A stretch of 64,000 nt of DNA, taken from the NCBI GenBank assembly GCA_951406725.2, contig OX597833.1, positions 59,644,001-59,708,000 on the forward strand, written 5' to 3'. The stretch is from Octopus vulgaris. Taxonomy: Eukaryota. The notes under the pieces were generated by a model. That model was not told the DNA's origin, did not search any database, and saw only the letters and a program-made list of their open reading frames with translations. How positions within the stretch are numbered: the first letter of the stretch is position 1; every line of letters starts with the position of its first letter. Below are positions 37,371 through 51,950 of the stretch, piece by piece. A program made the position numbers and the translations under genes.

Positions 37371-37692
37371 AGGCTTCCATCATAGGAAAGCCTTGCACTA
37401 GAAGAACAGTTAAAAATTCAAACCACAGAATGTTTACTGACAGTTGTGCATCTCTGTTCACTGACGGTTGTAGAGATCTGTTTGCCGATGGTCGCGGAGA
37501 TCTGTTTGCCAATGGTCAGAGAACTGTTTGCCGACGGTCACAGACATCCGCTCGCCAATGGTCATGGACATCAGTTCGCCGACAGTTGCGGACGGCATAG
37601 AAATGAGAAGTATCTGTAGCTCCGCTAAACCACAGTGGTTTGAATTTTTGACTGTTCTTTCTAGCACAAGGCTTTCCTATGATGGAAGCCTC
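37371..37692. mobile_element. Inverted-repeat element (~57-bp arms) enclosing degenerate 24-bp minisatellite units
   Basis: gaggcttccatcataggaaagccttg...aattcaaaccac at 37371-37428 is complementary to 37635-37692. Confidence 0.75.
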
Positions 37693-38181
37693 TTAATGTG
37701 TTTTAATGTACACGGTATCTTATATGTCTGTATATATGGTCCAACCCATGTCAGCATGGAGGGCAAACGATAATGATGTGTGTGTGTATGTATGTATGTA
37801 TATTTGCATGGAGGGGCAGTTACGTGTTTTAATAATAATTGTATGAACAGAAAAAGTAATTATAAGTAAAACCAAGAAAACCCAGTAGTGTATATATATA
37901 CGTATATGTCCGTGTGTGTAAGTGTGCATATATATGTATCTCTGTAAAACTATATATCTGTGTGTGTAGGCGGCGAGCTGACAGAAACGATAGCGCGCTG
38001 GGCGAAATGCTTAGCGGTATTTCGTCTGTCGTTACGTTCTGAGTTCAAATTCCGCTGAGGTCGACTTTGCCTTTCATCCTCTCGGGGTCGATAAATAAAG
38101 TACCAGGGTAGATGTAATCGACTTAATCAGTTTGTCCTTGTTTGTCCCCTCTATGTATAGCCCCTTGTGGGTAGTAAAGAA

Positions 38182-38215
<34 letters not shown>

Positions 38216-38732
38216 CTCCGTATTTCGGTGTATATATTAATGTATATATACTTTCATGTACATCTGTGTGAGTGTGTGTGTGTTTATGTATATATAATAT
38301 AATCTGTCATATATTTACTGCTAGATACTTTTTATTGATAATAAAAAATAAAAAAAATAATAAATATGCTTTAAATTTAGTTTAAATGCAATACACTGCA
38401 GACAGTAACCTAATGGTATATGTACATAAAAAAGGCCGCGAGCGAGCAGAAACATTAGCACGCCGGGCGAAATGCTTAGCAGTATTTCACCTGCCGCTAT
38501 GTTCTGAGTTCAAATTCCGCCAAGGTCGACTTTGCCTTTCATCTTTTCGGAGACGATTAAAGAAGTACCAGTCACGCACTGGGGTCGATATAATCGACTT
38601 AATCCGTTTGTCTGTCCTTATTTGTCCCTTCTGTGTTTAGCCCCTTGTGAGTAGTAAAAAAACAGGTATATGTACATTAAAGTCTTTTGTGTGTGTAAAA
38701 CATGGAAAAACTAGCGCGTGAATATATATATA

Positions 38733-38781
<49 letters not shown>

Positions 38782-38875
38782 ACAAAGGGTGAAATTAATT
38801 AATTAAGAAGTAATCAGTAATTTCACCAAGTAGAATTCGGCATGTAAAAGACCAATTCAAGGTAAGTTTAAGTAA

Positions 38876-39068
38876 TACTAAGTAATTAGGGTTCAGCAAC
38901 GATTTGCCTCACCACACACCGAATTTAGAAATAGCAGTCAAGAAGTCTTGGCTATTCTTTCTACTTTAAAGGGAGGTCCCAGTAAAACCAAAGCAAAGAA
39001 TAGCCAAGACTGCTATTTCTAAATTCGGTGTGTGGTGAGGCAAATCGTTGCTGAACCCTAATTACTTA

Positions 39069-39071
<3 letters not shown>
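38876..39071. repeat. ~80-bp inverted repeat (hairpin) flanked by (TA)n
   Basis: Arms 38876-38960 and 38995-39071 are complementary apart from an 8-nt indel. Confidence 0.85.
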
Positions 39072-39104
<33 letters not shown>

Positions 39105-39160
39105 GTTTGTTAGGGAATAAAAATTCCGGCATAACAGGGGTTTAAATTATTCTCAATGAA

Positions 39161-39222
<62 letters not shown>

Positions 39223-41870
39223 AACACACGCTAATCTTCCTATAGCTACCCAACAAGATTGACAAAGTAGTTGTCTCAAATCAGTAACTAATGGAGTGTC
39301 TTTCAATCAATTTCACTAAAGTCTCAGATGACACCAACTGACAGGTATCTTCATTTTACAGTAATTACTTAACATACACGTGTGTGCACACACATTCATA
39401 CATATGTATATATGCACACAAATATCCATAACACATACATACACACCTGTCTCTATATATACTCACAAACAGTTTCTCTTTGAAGAACCAACATCGAGAG
39501 AGTTCTTACACTTTAAACTAATTACATAATATATATACATATATATCCTTTCTCTTTCTCGCTCGCTCTCTCTCTCTCTCTATCTCTCTCGTCCCCTCTC
39601 GTGGAGGGACAGTACCATTATTAGACGAAATCCAAGAACACTAACTGTTGATTTTACTTTTTTTTCTGTCTTAAACTTTTTTTCTACAATTTTTTAATTT
39701 CATTTGTTATTTTGTAAATAAATTTGAAGACTTTATTCTTGCGTAATTGTGTTGAATCAATCTTCATCTTGGACTGACATCGTTGGATGTCAGTCCAACA
39801 TACACACTATATTCTGCACAACTCAACACAACACAACATGACCTTGTTATCGTTATGTGAAAAAAAAACATACTATATTATCACATTTGAGGTGTACCAC
39901 TACCATCTCCATTTCCAGGTGAGCAGTATTGTAAGAGCTTTTAAGGTGGTGAGCTGGCAGAAACGTTAGCACGCCGGGCGAAATGCATAGCGGTATTTCG
40001 TCTGCCGTTACATCCTGAGTTCAAATTCCACTGAAGTTGACTTTGCCTTTCATCCTTTTGAGGTCGATAAATTAAGTACCAGTTTCGCACTGGGGTCGAT
40101 GTAATCAACTTAATACCTTTGTCTGTCTTTGTTTGTCCCCTCTATGTTTAGCCTCTTGTGGGCAATAAAGAAATAAGAAATGTTAGCACGCCGGGTGAAA
40201 TTCTTAGTGGTATTTCGTCTGTCTTTACGTTCTGAGTTCAAATTCCACCGAGGTCGACTTTGCCTTTCATCCTTTCGGGCTCGATAAATTAGGTACCAGT
40301 TGTGTACTGGGGTCGATCTAATCGACTAGCTCCCTCCCCACAAAATTTCGGGCCTTGTGCCTAAATTAGAAAAGAATATTTCGCTTAGTTAAGCTTAACA
40401 CTCTGCCTATCCGAAACATTTTCATAACTTTGTTCCGAACGTCCAGTTTCAGACTTTTAGATATCCCTTGTTTCATACGTTCTGAGTAATATAAAAATTT
40501 CCTTCCTTGTGTCCCAAGTTACTCAACTGGTTGGGAAAAAAATTGGGACTAGGCATAGGAGCGGCTGTGTGGTAAGTAGCTTGCTTACCAACCACATGGT
40601 TCCGGGTTCAGTCCCACTGCGTGGCACCTTGGGCAAATGTCTTCTACTATAGCCTCGGGCCGACCAAAGCCTTGTGAGTGGATTTGGTAGACGGAAACTG
40701 AAAGAAGCCCGTCGTATATATATATATATGTATGTGTCTGTGTTTGTCCCCCCCCCAACCGCTTGACAATCGATGCTGGTATGTGTACGTCCCCGTCACT
40801 TAGCGGTTCGGCAAAAGAACCGATAGAATAAGTACTAGGCTTACAAAGAATAAGTCCTGGGGTCGATTCGTTCGACTAAAGGCGGTGCTCCAGCATGGCT
40901 ACAGTCGAAAGACTGAAACAAGTAAAAGAGTATATATATGATGTATGGACGTCAGGAAAATATGTCCAGTGTATCACCTGCGATACAGAGGTCAAGCAAA
41001 GGGTTAATCGTTCTCTATAGCATACAGTCCCCTCTCTCTCTATAACTTCCTGGACGGTGATTACAGCCGATTATGGATAATTTTAAAACCAAGTTGATAT
41101 TATCGCTCAGCCACGAGAACGAATATTTCCAAGGTGAAGCTGTAGATGTTGAGTAAATGGAGTTATCTCCCTTGTTGCATTCAAATCTCTGCCATGAATT
41201 TTTTTGGGGATTTCCCGGCCACAACGAAGGCAACATCCAGCAGTGCAAAGTAGATGCCAAATGTTAATATATAATTTTCTAAGTTTCTGTCGATTTCTCA
41301 AGTGTACTTATTGGTGAACAATCTGTGTGTGTGTACAGTAACATTGTTACGGCAACGTTTTATTAACATTATATGTATATAAAGGCGCAGGAGTGGCTGT
41401 GTGGTAAGTAGCTTGCTAACCAACCACATGGTTCCGGGTTCAGTCCCACTGCGTGGCATCTTGGGCAAGTGTCTTCTGCTATAACCTCGGGCCGACCAAA
41501 GCCTTGTGAGTGGATTTGGTAGACGGAAACTGAAAGAAGCCTGTCGTATATATGTATGTGTTTGTGTGTCTGTGTTTGTCCCCCTAGCATTGCTTGACAA
41601 CCGATGCTGGTGTGTTTACGTCCCCGTCACTTAGCGGTTCGGCAAAAGAGCCCGATAGAATAAGTAGTGGGCTTACAAAGAATAAGTCCCGGGGTCGATT
41701 TGCTCGACTAAAGGCGGTGCTCCAGCATGGCCACAGTCAAATGACTGAAACAAGTAAAAAAAAAAATATAACAAAACAGATACAAATGACAAAAAACAAA
41801 AGTCCAAGGCGTATTCCCAGTGAATATAATTAGGTTGACACTCAAAGAAGGAAAAACATGAGATAGTAAA

Positions 41871-41907
41871 AGTATAACATTTCAGACATAGCTCTTCATC
41901 AGATACT
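41871..41907 (-). ncRNA. Minimal hammerhead-like fold
   Basis: Reverse complement reads agtat-CTGATGA-aga(gctatg)tct-GAAA-tg-TT-atact. Stem I is 5 bp. Stem III is probably an ACGU palindrome decayed at CpG. Confidence 0.45.
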
Positions 41908-42169
41908 GAAGGAAGGTCTGGGAGAGACTGGGAAGAAATGGGTAAGAGGAAAAGAGATAGATAAAAAGAGAAGAGAGAATCAAGAACAAATGTGTGTGGA
42001 TAAGGCCAAATACTCAACCTCGGTCTAACTGGGCGTGTGAGAGGAAATTATTGTTTGAATGGTAAGAGAGTGAAGTGATACAGGAGTGTCTATTGGCATG
42101 TGTATAAGTGTGTGTGTGCGCATGTACACATGTGCACACTCAGACATATACATACAGTAAGAAGACATG

Positions 42170-43512
42170 GATGTAAGCCACTCAGCATACCAAAGACTTG
42201 AGGGCTACAGAAATATTGACATCAAGTACAGCCTCTCTTGGATTCGTGACATCTGCACCATATTACACTTTGAAGGCTATGCATTTGCAATCCAAGAACT
42301 GATGGTTATGAAATACCTAGTAACCAAATGAGACAGTTTAACCCTTGGAGCTCGAAGATGCAACGGAAAATTATGTCATATTTCCATGGAAGACATCACA
42401 CATGATTAGCAGCTGTCCAAAAATGTCATTAAGGTACCACCTCTCCATGCAACACAATGATGTCACACAAACTATATACAATGCCATTTGGGAAAAAGAT
42501 TGTCCAGGAATAAATATATAGAATCATTTTGTTGAAAGCCTTGCTTCCCTGGGCATAGATACATTGAAGCTCTGACGTCTGGCAACTGACTTTGTAAACA
42601 CCCACAAGATTATTAACTATCGCACCAACAACCACCTTGGACACCTTTTTGAGCTCCATGTGTCTAACATACGCGGGTATGCCTACAAAGTCAGAAAAAA
42701 GCACAGCTCCCTTGACTTTTGGAAACATTTTTTCATACTCAGAGTTGCTGAAGCAGGGAACAAACTATCTGCATCAGGTTGCCATGACATTGCATCCTTT
42801 AAAATATCCATGCTTCCTGAAATTCACCAGCACTACACCCCGATATCTCCCTCTCCATATGCATGCACACATATCATGGCTCATACACTGATCACTTTCC
42901 TGGCTTTTGTACATAATTCTATATACAGTACATGCCCCTTTGATGACTTGTAGTACACCTGAGCATTTATACACAATAATTTCATTATTGTTATTATTAT
43001 TATTATTATTATTAAATGCATACAAATATCAACATTCCTATCAAAACATCTCTCAAGTGTAAACCTAACAGGCTGGATATCATTATTTGGGACAGGCAAG
43101 AAAAAGTATGTAGCATCATAGAGGTCAGCTGTTCTGCGGATATGAATATCTCTGATTTTCAAAGAGAAAGAGAATAACTAAGGCCAACTGCTCTGAAACC
43201 TCCAGTTCCTATGTCCAGATTATAAATTCACATTTATACCAGTAATAATCGTTGCACTTGGTTTAGTGAGTAAATTCCTTGGTGACAATCTGGATAAGCT
43301 AAGGTTTTCAGAAAAAAAATCAACCAACTTAGGTGCAGGTGTGGCTGTGTGGTAAGTAGCTTGCTTACCAACCACATGGTTCCGGGTTCAGTCCCACTGC
43401 GTGGCACCTTGGGCAAGTGTCTTCTACTATAGCCTCGGGCCCACCAAAGCCTTGTGAGTGGATTTGGTAGACGGAAACTGAAAGAAGCCTGTCGTATATA
43501 TGTATGTATATA

Positions 43513-43547
<35 letters not shown>

Positions 43548-43840
43548 GTTTGTGTGTCTGTGTTTGTCCCCCCCCAACATCGCTTAACTGAAGCTGGTGT
43601 CTGTAAGTCCCCGTGACTTAGTGGTTCGGCAAAAGAGACCGATAGAATAAGTACTAGGCTTACAAAGAATGTCCTGGGGGCGATTTGCTCGACTAAAGCA
43701 TGGCCACAGTCAAATGACTGAAACAAGTAAAAGAGTAAAGAGTAAACTAACTCACACATTACAAATACAATCTGTAAGTAGAGCAGTAAAAATATTCAAG
43801 TTTTTTTTCATGTTTACAATGTGAATTTGTTTTTGCTATC
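42170..43840 (+). mobile_element. R4/Dong/NeSL-like non-LTR retrotransposon remnant, interrupted by a CR1 3' end (~42640-43010) and SINE-A (~43331-43745); related pieces ~41000-41330 (-) and 51290-51530 (+)
   Basis: Reads EGYAFAIQE...EDITHMISSCPKMS (zinc knuckle) and DIIIWDRQEKVCSIIEVSC...FIPVIIVALG (restriction-like endonuclease). Confidence 0.65.
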
Positions 43841-44619
43841 TACATTCGAATAGGGGCTTTGTATCTCATTAGAAACCAGCTCCTTCCTCAGAGGAAGAAT
43901 TCAAATTAGGAACAGATGAGAACACATACATGTGAGGGTGCATTTGCATTTAGTGTACATGTGTGTGTATATATATATTATATATATTCACATGGAAAAC
44001 ATGTTAAATGATAATGATGATACACACACATAGGTATTTGCATATGTGTGTGTATGCCTGTAAAAAGCACCCAGTACACTATGTGGAGTGGTTGGCATTA
44101 GGAAGGGCCACCACTCCACAGACAATAGTGCCTGGTGCAGACCCTGACTTTCCCAACTCTTGTCAAACCAAACAGATGTTAAATGATGATGATGACTGGC
44201 TCCTGTGCCAGTGGCACATAAAAAGCACCAACTACACTCTCGGAGTAGCTGACCTTAAGAAGGGCAACCAGCTGTAGAAACACTGCCAAATCAGATTGGA
44301 GCCGAGTGCAGCTGCTGGCTCTCCAGAACTCAGTCAAACCATACAACCCATGCCAGCATGGAAAATGGATGTTAATCGATGATGATGATGGGGGGTGGGG
44401 GGGGGGTGTTGACTGCTAAATCCACAAGTTTTTTTTTTATTCTCTCTCTCTTTATTTCCTTGTATTCCTTTCTGTTGTAAAAGACTTTCTGACCTTCCTG
44501 GGCATCAAACTAATACACCTGCTTGTTGTTTATACACCTGTCTTCTAAGCCCTTTAAAGAACTCAGAAGGTTGGACCTCCAGCCAGGCCTTTCATGATAC
44601 CCCTTAAAGCCAGGGACTT

Positions 44620-44865
44620 TTCACCACTCCCACATATATGGTATTTCCCAAGTTGTCCACTAAATTCACCAGCCATTATAATGAGGTCACTACCGTTTGT
44701 TTTTGGAGGTAATCCTCATGAACGCCTCAGAGAAGCAGTCTTTCTGTTTCTCTGGTATCTGCCAGCCCAGATTGTGGTGCATGTGCACAGATGGATGTGG
44801 CTGACGTATTGTGCAAGATAAGCTTAATTATCATTTCATACACTATGACTACCTCACTTACTTTC
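44620..44865 (-). mobile_element. LINE APE endonuclease remnant
   Basis: ICAHAPQSGL...LIIMAGEFSGQLGK resembles the YAPQ.G / GDFNGHVG motifs. Confidence 0.55.
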
Positions 44866-44869
44866 TGTG

Positions 44870-44901
44870 TGTGTAAGTGTGTGTACATACATATACAGAT
44901 G

Positions 44902-44945
<44 letters not shown>

Positions 44946-45168
44946 GCGTGTGTAAGTGTGTGTACATACATATACAAATGTGTATATATATACATACGTG
45001 AGTGTGTGTGTGTTTGTGTAAGTGTGTGTACATACATATACAGATATATATATACATGCGTGTGTGTGTAAGTGTGTGTCTGTAAGTGTGTGTACATACA
45101 TATACAAATGTATATATATATGCATACATACGTGAGTGTGTGTGTAAGTGTTTGTACATACATATACA

Positions 45169-45216
<48 letters not shown>

Positions 45217-45315
45217 CGTGTGTGTGTGTAAGTGTCTGTACATACATATACAAATGTGTGTGTGTATATACATATATATATACACACGTGATTGTGTGTG
45301 TGTGTGTGTGTGTGT
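44870..45315. repeat. Compound/higher-order (TA)/(TG) microsatellite
   Basis: Unit gtaagtgtgtgtacatacatatacaga recurs about 7 times with variable TA/TG spacers. Confidence 0.8.
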
Positions 45316-45609
45316 AGTACAAGTATTATAAAATCAGATGTAATGTGCAAGAGAGAAGACAGTGCTGATGGTGCAGGCATGTGCTGTATCCAGAAGTTAA
45401 CAGATAACTCTGTAGTGTGTAAACAAACCAGTAAATATCTGTACTTTAAAATAAACATTTTCCCCTCTCTTCATTTTATTATCATTTTCTTTATCAGTAC
45501 ATGTCAGATAAATACATATTTGCTGACAATACTGAAGGCATGGATATACTAGTTAATCATTATTATTATTATGTTAACTATTGTTGAGTAAATCATTGTT
45601 TAATAAAAA

Positions 45610-45980
45610 TATTAATAATGAAATTATTGTATACAGTGCTCAGGTGCACCACAACTTGTCAGAAAATGCATATAAAGTACATGCAGTAATGTACAAATGT
45701 CTGGAAAGTGAACAGTGTATGAGTCAGATAGATGCTTGCGTGTGTATGGAGGGGAGAAAATCAGGTGTAGTGTTGGCGAATCTCAGAAGGCATGGAAGTT
45801 TTGAAGGATGCAGTGCTCCGACAACTAACAACTGATGCCAGCAGTTTGTTCCATGCTTCAGCAACTCTTAGCGTGAAAAAATGTTTCCTAAAGTCATGGG
45901 AGCTGTGCTGTTTTCTGACTTTGTAAATATGTCCACGGGTGTTAGACGGGTGGAGTTTGGAAAGGTGCTCAGAGTTTATC
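45610..45980 (-). mobile_element. CR1-type LINE 3' end
   Basis: Reads NTRGHIYKVRKQHSSHDFRKHFFTLRVAEAWNKL. Same family as 42640-43010. Confidence 0.8.
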
Positions 45981-47667
45981 AACAGCTGGCACAGCCCAGT
46001 GGTTATGGTGTTGCACTGAGGATTATGAATCGTAGGTTCAATTCCTGAACCAGGCAGTGCATTGTGTTCTTGAGTAAAACAACATCATAAGCAGAAAGTG
46101 TAACCTCTCGAAAGAGCTGTTCTTCACTCCTGCTCCAGAGCGTCGGCTGCGGGGTCACTCCAAAAAGCTCTATCTGCGACGATTTCATCTCAATGGAAGG
46201 AGAGTGGCTTTCTCCGTCTGAGTTGCGGATCCATAGAATAAGCTGCCAGACGAGATAGTGAAGATGCTGACGATGCCTGAACTCTTTGCATGAAGACCCT
46301 CCCTGTACATAACTCCATGTCCCCCTACATGGCCTTGCTTTGTGCTTTTTGAGCCAAAAAATTAACTTAACTTAACTAACTTCATCTCACCTGTGCAAGC
46401 AATATTGATTTGATGGAGGGAATGAGCTTAAGTGCAGCACAAGTTTTTGATCATTATAAACAAATCGTTTGTGCAGGTTGTTCGGTAAGAAATTGCAGAG
46501 TCATCTTTCTGTCTTGGATCGAGATATTATGATTAAATTAACCCTTTAGCATGCAGATTACTCAGTCAGAAATAATGCTTGCTTACTTTATTTGCATTTA
46601 CTCTTTTACTTGTTTCAGTCATTTGACTGCGGCCATGCTGGAGCACCGCCTTTAATCGAGTAACTCAACCCCGGGACTCATTCTTTGTAAGGTCTCTTTT
46701 GCTGAACCGCTAAGTAACGGGCACATAAACACACCAGCATCGGTTGTCAAGCAATGCTAGGGGGACAAATACAGACACACAAACACACACACACACATAT
46801 ATATATATATGTATATATATATAAATATATACATATATACGACGGGCTTCTTTTCAGTTTCTGTCTACCAAATCCAGTCACAAGGCTTTGGTCGGCCTGA
46901 GGCTATAGTAGAAGACACTTGCCCAAGGTGCCACGCAGTGGGACTGAACCCGGAACCATGTGGTTGGTAATTTTGACGAATATTTGTCCTCATCTCGTTT
47001 GTTGTTAACACAACATTTTGTCTGATATACCCTCCATCCTTCATCAGGTGTCTTGGGGAAATTTCGAACCTGGGTTCTCATTCCTAAGGTATTTTTCGAT
47101 GTTATTATTATTATTATTATTATTGAGTGAGAGAGCAATGCATGCCATCAAAGTGGCACTGGGGTAAAATATATGAAGCCCAGTATACCCATCATGACTA
47201 CCCATCTGATAAGGGTACACTAGGCACATGCATCACAACCATATGTGCGCGACATGGTGATCTCATATCAAGATAAACAGCACATGATCTTGCAGGTGGA
47301 GCCCAGTTAGAATTTTCTTCAGGTTGAGTAGCCCATCCCACTCAAAAGGTCCCTGAATAAGGGTTGTTTAAGGATGTTGAACAAAACACCCATGTTTCCA
47401 GGGATGAATTATTCAGACCCCAAAGAATCCCTCTCAACACATGGCTATGATGCTCCCCAACTATTTCTGCTCGTGATCAGAGATGCACATATCGTCAGCC
47501 ACTAAGGGACATGCTCAACTGGTTAAGGTCAAACAACTGACAAGCAAATCTGTGGTATTGAGCAGAATATTTGCTGTAGCCCATCTTTTATACCAAGACA
47601 AAACAATGTACGTGATAACACTTCCAATCAGTTAAGATCAGAAGCCACGAGAGCCACTGCTTGGTAC

Positions 47668-47732
<65 letters not shown>

Positions 47733-49551
47733 TCACTGATGAAGGTTGGTGGGTATATCAGCTGAAACGTGTTAACAACAAACAAGATGAAGACAAATAT
47801 CCATCAAATGTAAATAGTGTACACAATTCCTCATCTCCTAAATATAGAACTGTAATGCTTACTTAGTCACATTGTGTTCAATTAATCATTCATTATCTCA
47901 GAGCTGCGAGATTTCAGTGATGTGATATATTATTTTTAGAGTGAACAACTAACTGGCTGTGTGGTAAGTAGCTTGCTAACCAACCACATGGTTCCGGGTT
48001 CAGTCCCACTGCGTGGCATCTTGGGCAAGTGTCTTCTGCTATAGCCCCGGGCCAACCAATGCCTTGTGAGTGGATTTGGTAGACGGAAACTGAAAGAAGC
48101 CCATCGTATATATGTATATATATATATATAAGTGTGTGTGTATGTGTTTGTGTGTGTGTGTTTGTCCCCCTAACATTGCTTGACAACCGATGCTGGTGTG
48201 TTTACGTCCCCGTCACTTAGCGGTTCGGCAAAAGAGACCGATAGAATAAGTACTGGGCTTACAAAGAATAAGTCCCGGGGTCGATTTGCTCGACTAAAGG
48301 CGGTGCTCCAGCATGGCCGCAGTCAAATGACTGAAACAAGTAAAAGATTAAAAGAGTAAAGAGTAAATAATTCATTCATTCCTGATAGAATCAGCAGTGT
48401 TTTAGAAATAATAATTTCTAAACCAAAAGAGCACCTTTTTTTTATGTTGTAAGTAACATTTTGAGTTTGGGGAACAGTTGTACAAGGCACTGCATAACCC
48501 CTAATGATGTTGAAATGGCCCTTTAAGCAGGATACAACAATCACTATGGGATAATAATATTCAGTAGGAAAATACAGTAGTAGAAAGGGTTCTAGTGGCA
48601 TGGCAGTTCTGAAAGGGTAGGGATGTCAAGTTGTGGGTTAGCCTTGCAGGGACACAGTTTGGATTTGGGGTGGGTGGGTGGATGGAACAGAATGGTTGGT
48701 GGGGTGGGGGAATAACACCATTTGAAATAGGAATGTCATGGGGTCAGGCAAGTAGAAGATAATAGCCTAGAAGGGAAAATAGGGTTGGAAAAGCTATTCA
48801 TTGGTGGTGGCTATGGGTGTAAGGTAAATTATTCCTCCTATATCAATTTAATCTGGAAGTAATCAGTTTACCTTTGGTAATTATACATACATATATACAT
48901 ATATGTGTGTGTGTGTGATCGTTACCTGCATCGTCTTACTGGCACTTGTGCTGGTGGCACGAGAAAAAACATTCAAGCGAGGTCAGTGCCACTGCCGCTG
49001 GACTGGCTCCTGTGCAGGTGGCACATAAAAAGCACCATTTGAGTGTGGCCATTGCCAGTACCACCTAACCGGCCCTCATGCTGGTGGCACTTTTTACGAC
49101 CTCATCCTTTATGGCATTTGAAAGAATTGGTCTCATTGTACCTTTTGATGGTTGTTTGGACATCCTTCCTTGAACATTTCAATTTTCATGGAATTTCAAT
49201 TTGAGAGAATCCTTCACTGGATAAAGCAAAGATTTGAACCCTTTGAGCTTCAGGAATCTATTTCTTTGGAGACATTTTCATCAAATATTAACCACTGATA
49301 AGTTATCAATAAGATATTCATTGATAAAATAGGTAAAAACGGATATTATTACCCGTATTATTATCAAACCAAGAGTTTAACTATGGTCCTTCCTATAGCA
49401 CTTACATAGCCTAACCTGCCACCTTGGGTCTCCTGGATACCAACACCTCTCATATATATATGGCAACTTAGGCAAGAGTCTTCTACTATAGCCTCGGGCA
49501 GACCAAAGCCTTGTGAGTGGATTTGGTAGACGGAAACTGAAAGAAGCCTGT

Positions 49552-49606
<55 letters not shown>

Positions 49607-49735
49607 TTGTATGTGTATGTTTGCCTTTGTCCCCCCCCCTGACAACTGATGGTGGTGTGTTTACATCCCTACAACACAGTGGGACGGAACCTGGAACCAT
49701 ATGGTTGAGAAGCAAGCTTCTTACCACACAGCCAC

Positions 49736-49774
<39 letters not shown>

Positions 49775-50170
49775 CGCAGGAGTGGCTGTGTGGTAAGTAG
49801 CTTGCTTACCAACCACATGGTTCCGGGTTCAGTCCCACTGCGTGGCATCTTGGGCATGTGTCTTCCACTATAGCCTCGGGCCGACCAAAGCCTTGTGAGT
49901 GGATTTGGTAGATGGAAACTGAAAGAAGCCCGTCATATATATGTATATATATATGTGTGCGTGTATGTTTGTGTGTCTGTGATTGTCCCCCTAGCATTGC
50001 TTGACAGTATCGATGCTGGTGTGTTTATGTCCCCGTCACTTAGCTGTTCGGCAAAAGAGACTGATAGAATAAGTACTGGGCTTACAAAGAATAAGTCCTG
50101 GGGTCGAGTTGCTCGACTAAAGGCGGTGCTCCAGCATGGCCGCAGTCAACTGACTGAAACGAGTAAAAGA

Positions 50171-50213
<43 letters not shown>

Positions 50214-51854
50214 TACATATGCATACACACACACACACATATTTTTCATTTATCAGAAAATTAGTTTTAGAACTCTTAGAAATGTTGAAATCTATACGAG
50301 AGAGAGTTGTTTATTTAAGAAGCGACATTTTAATATTTGATATTTAAGGTGTGACAGGGGGGAAAAGGTTGGTAGGAAAAGGTTTTTATCTGAACCTTTA
50401 TGGAATTAATCATTGCCCTCCCTTTGACCTCAGTCATACACAATCTGACCTTTGACTTTCATTGACCTTTATGTAAAATTACCATCCCTGTTGTATCTTC
50501 CCCAGAGGAGTTTACTGCACACACTATGAATAAATATGCATACTCTTTACTCTTTTACTTGTTTCAGTCATTTGACTGCGGCCATGCTGGAGCACCGCCT
50601 TTAGTCGAGCAACTCGACCCCGGGACTTATTCTTTTTGTAAGCCCAGTACTTATTCTATTGGTCTCTTTTGCCGAACCGCTAAGTGACGGGGACGTAAAC
50701 ACACCAGCATCGGTTGTCAAGCAATGCTAGGGGGACAAAGACAGACACACAAACACACACATACATATATATATATATATACATATATATACGGCAGGCT
50801 TCTTTCAGTTTCCGTCAACCATATCCACTCACAAGGCATTGGTCGGCCCGGGGCTATAGCAGAAGACACTTGCCCAAGATGCCACGCAAGATGCATGTTT
50901 ATAATAATAATAATAATAATAATTGCGATGATTTTGATGATGGTTGTGGTTGTGGTTGTGGTGGTGGTGTTAAAAGCTAATGAAGGCAGTGAATAAAGAA
51001 CAGTTGATCAAGACTGGAAATGAAAAAAAGGACAAGAATGTGATTCAAAGAGAACATGTTAACCCTTTAGTGTTCGAATTATTCTGCCAAAATTAATGCT
51101 TTTTTATCCACATTGCTTTGAACTAATCATGCATTATCTTGTAGCTATGAGATTATGATGAGGTAGCTGTTAATTTTTAAAACGATATTGTAGGGTTAGT
51201 GTGAGAGACCAGATCTGGCCAGTTTGAACATAAAACAGGCAGAATACTTCTGGCCGGATATGGCCGGTTTAAATGCTAAAGGGTTAAACAGACTGATGAG
51301 AGACATTTGCATGGTCGGATTTGGAAAGCTGTTGAGGATATATGCAGAACAAAATCCTGGTTTGGTTGAAAAAAAAAGGGCAATTAGTAAAAGAACGGAG
51401 AGCCGTAATGTAGCAGCTCAAGATCAGGTGCTGAAAACAGACAACTTCAGAAAAAGGAAGATAGATACGGGTATGAAGAGGTATCAGTAAAATGTAGAGT
51501 CTATGGAATTTGGGATGAAACAAAAGCACACATCATCATCATCGTTTAACGTCTGTTTTCCATGCTGGCATGGGTTGGACGGTTCAACTGGGGTCTGGGA
51601 AGCCAGAAGGCTGCACCAGGCTCCAATCTGATCTGGCAGAGTTTCTACAGCTGGATGCCCTTCCTAACGCCAACCACTCTGTGAGTGTAGTGGGTGCTTT
51701 TTACGTGCCTCATTAATCATCAAGTCCTTAATTATCTAGTCATGGATCAGTGTCGGGGATTAGATGAGATCAATGAAATTAGCTTCTCTTTAAATGACAT
51801 AACTTCCATCTTCATTGATTCTAAATTGCATCTCTCTCTCTTTCTCTCCCTTTC

Positions 51855-51885
<31 letters not shown>

Positions 51886-51916
51886 CTCTCTCCCACTCTC
51901 TCTCTTTCTCTCTCTT

Positions 51917-51950
<34 letters not shown>

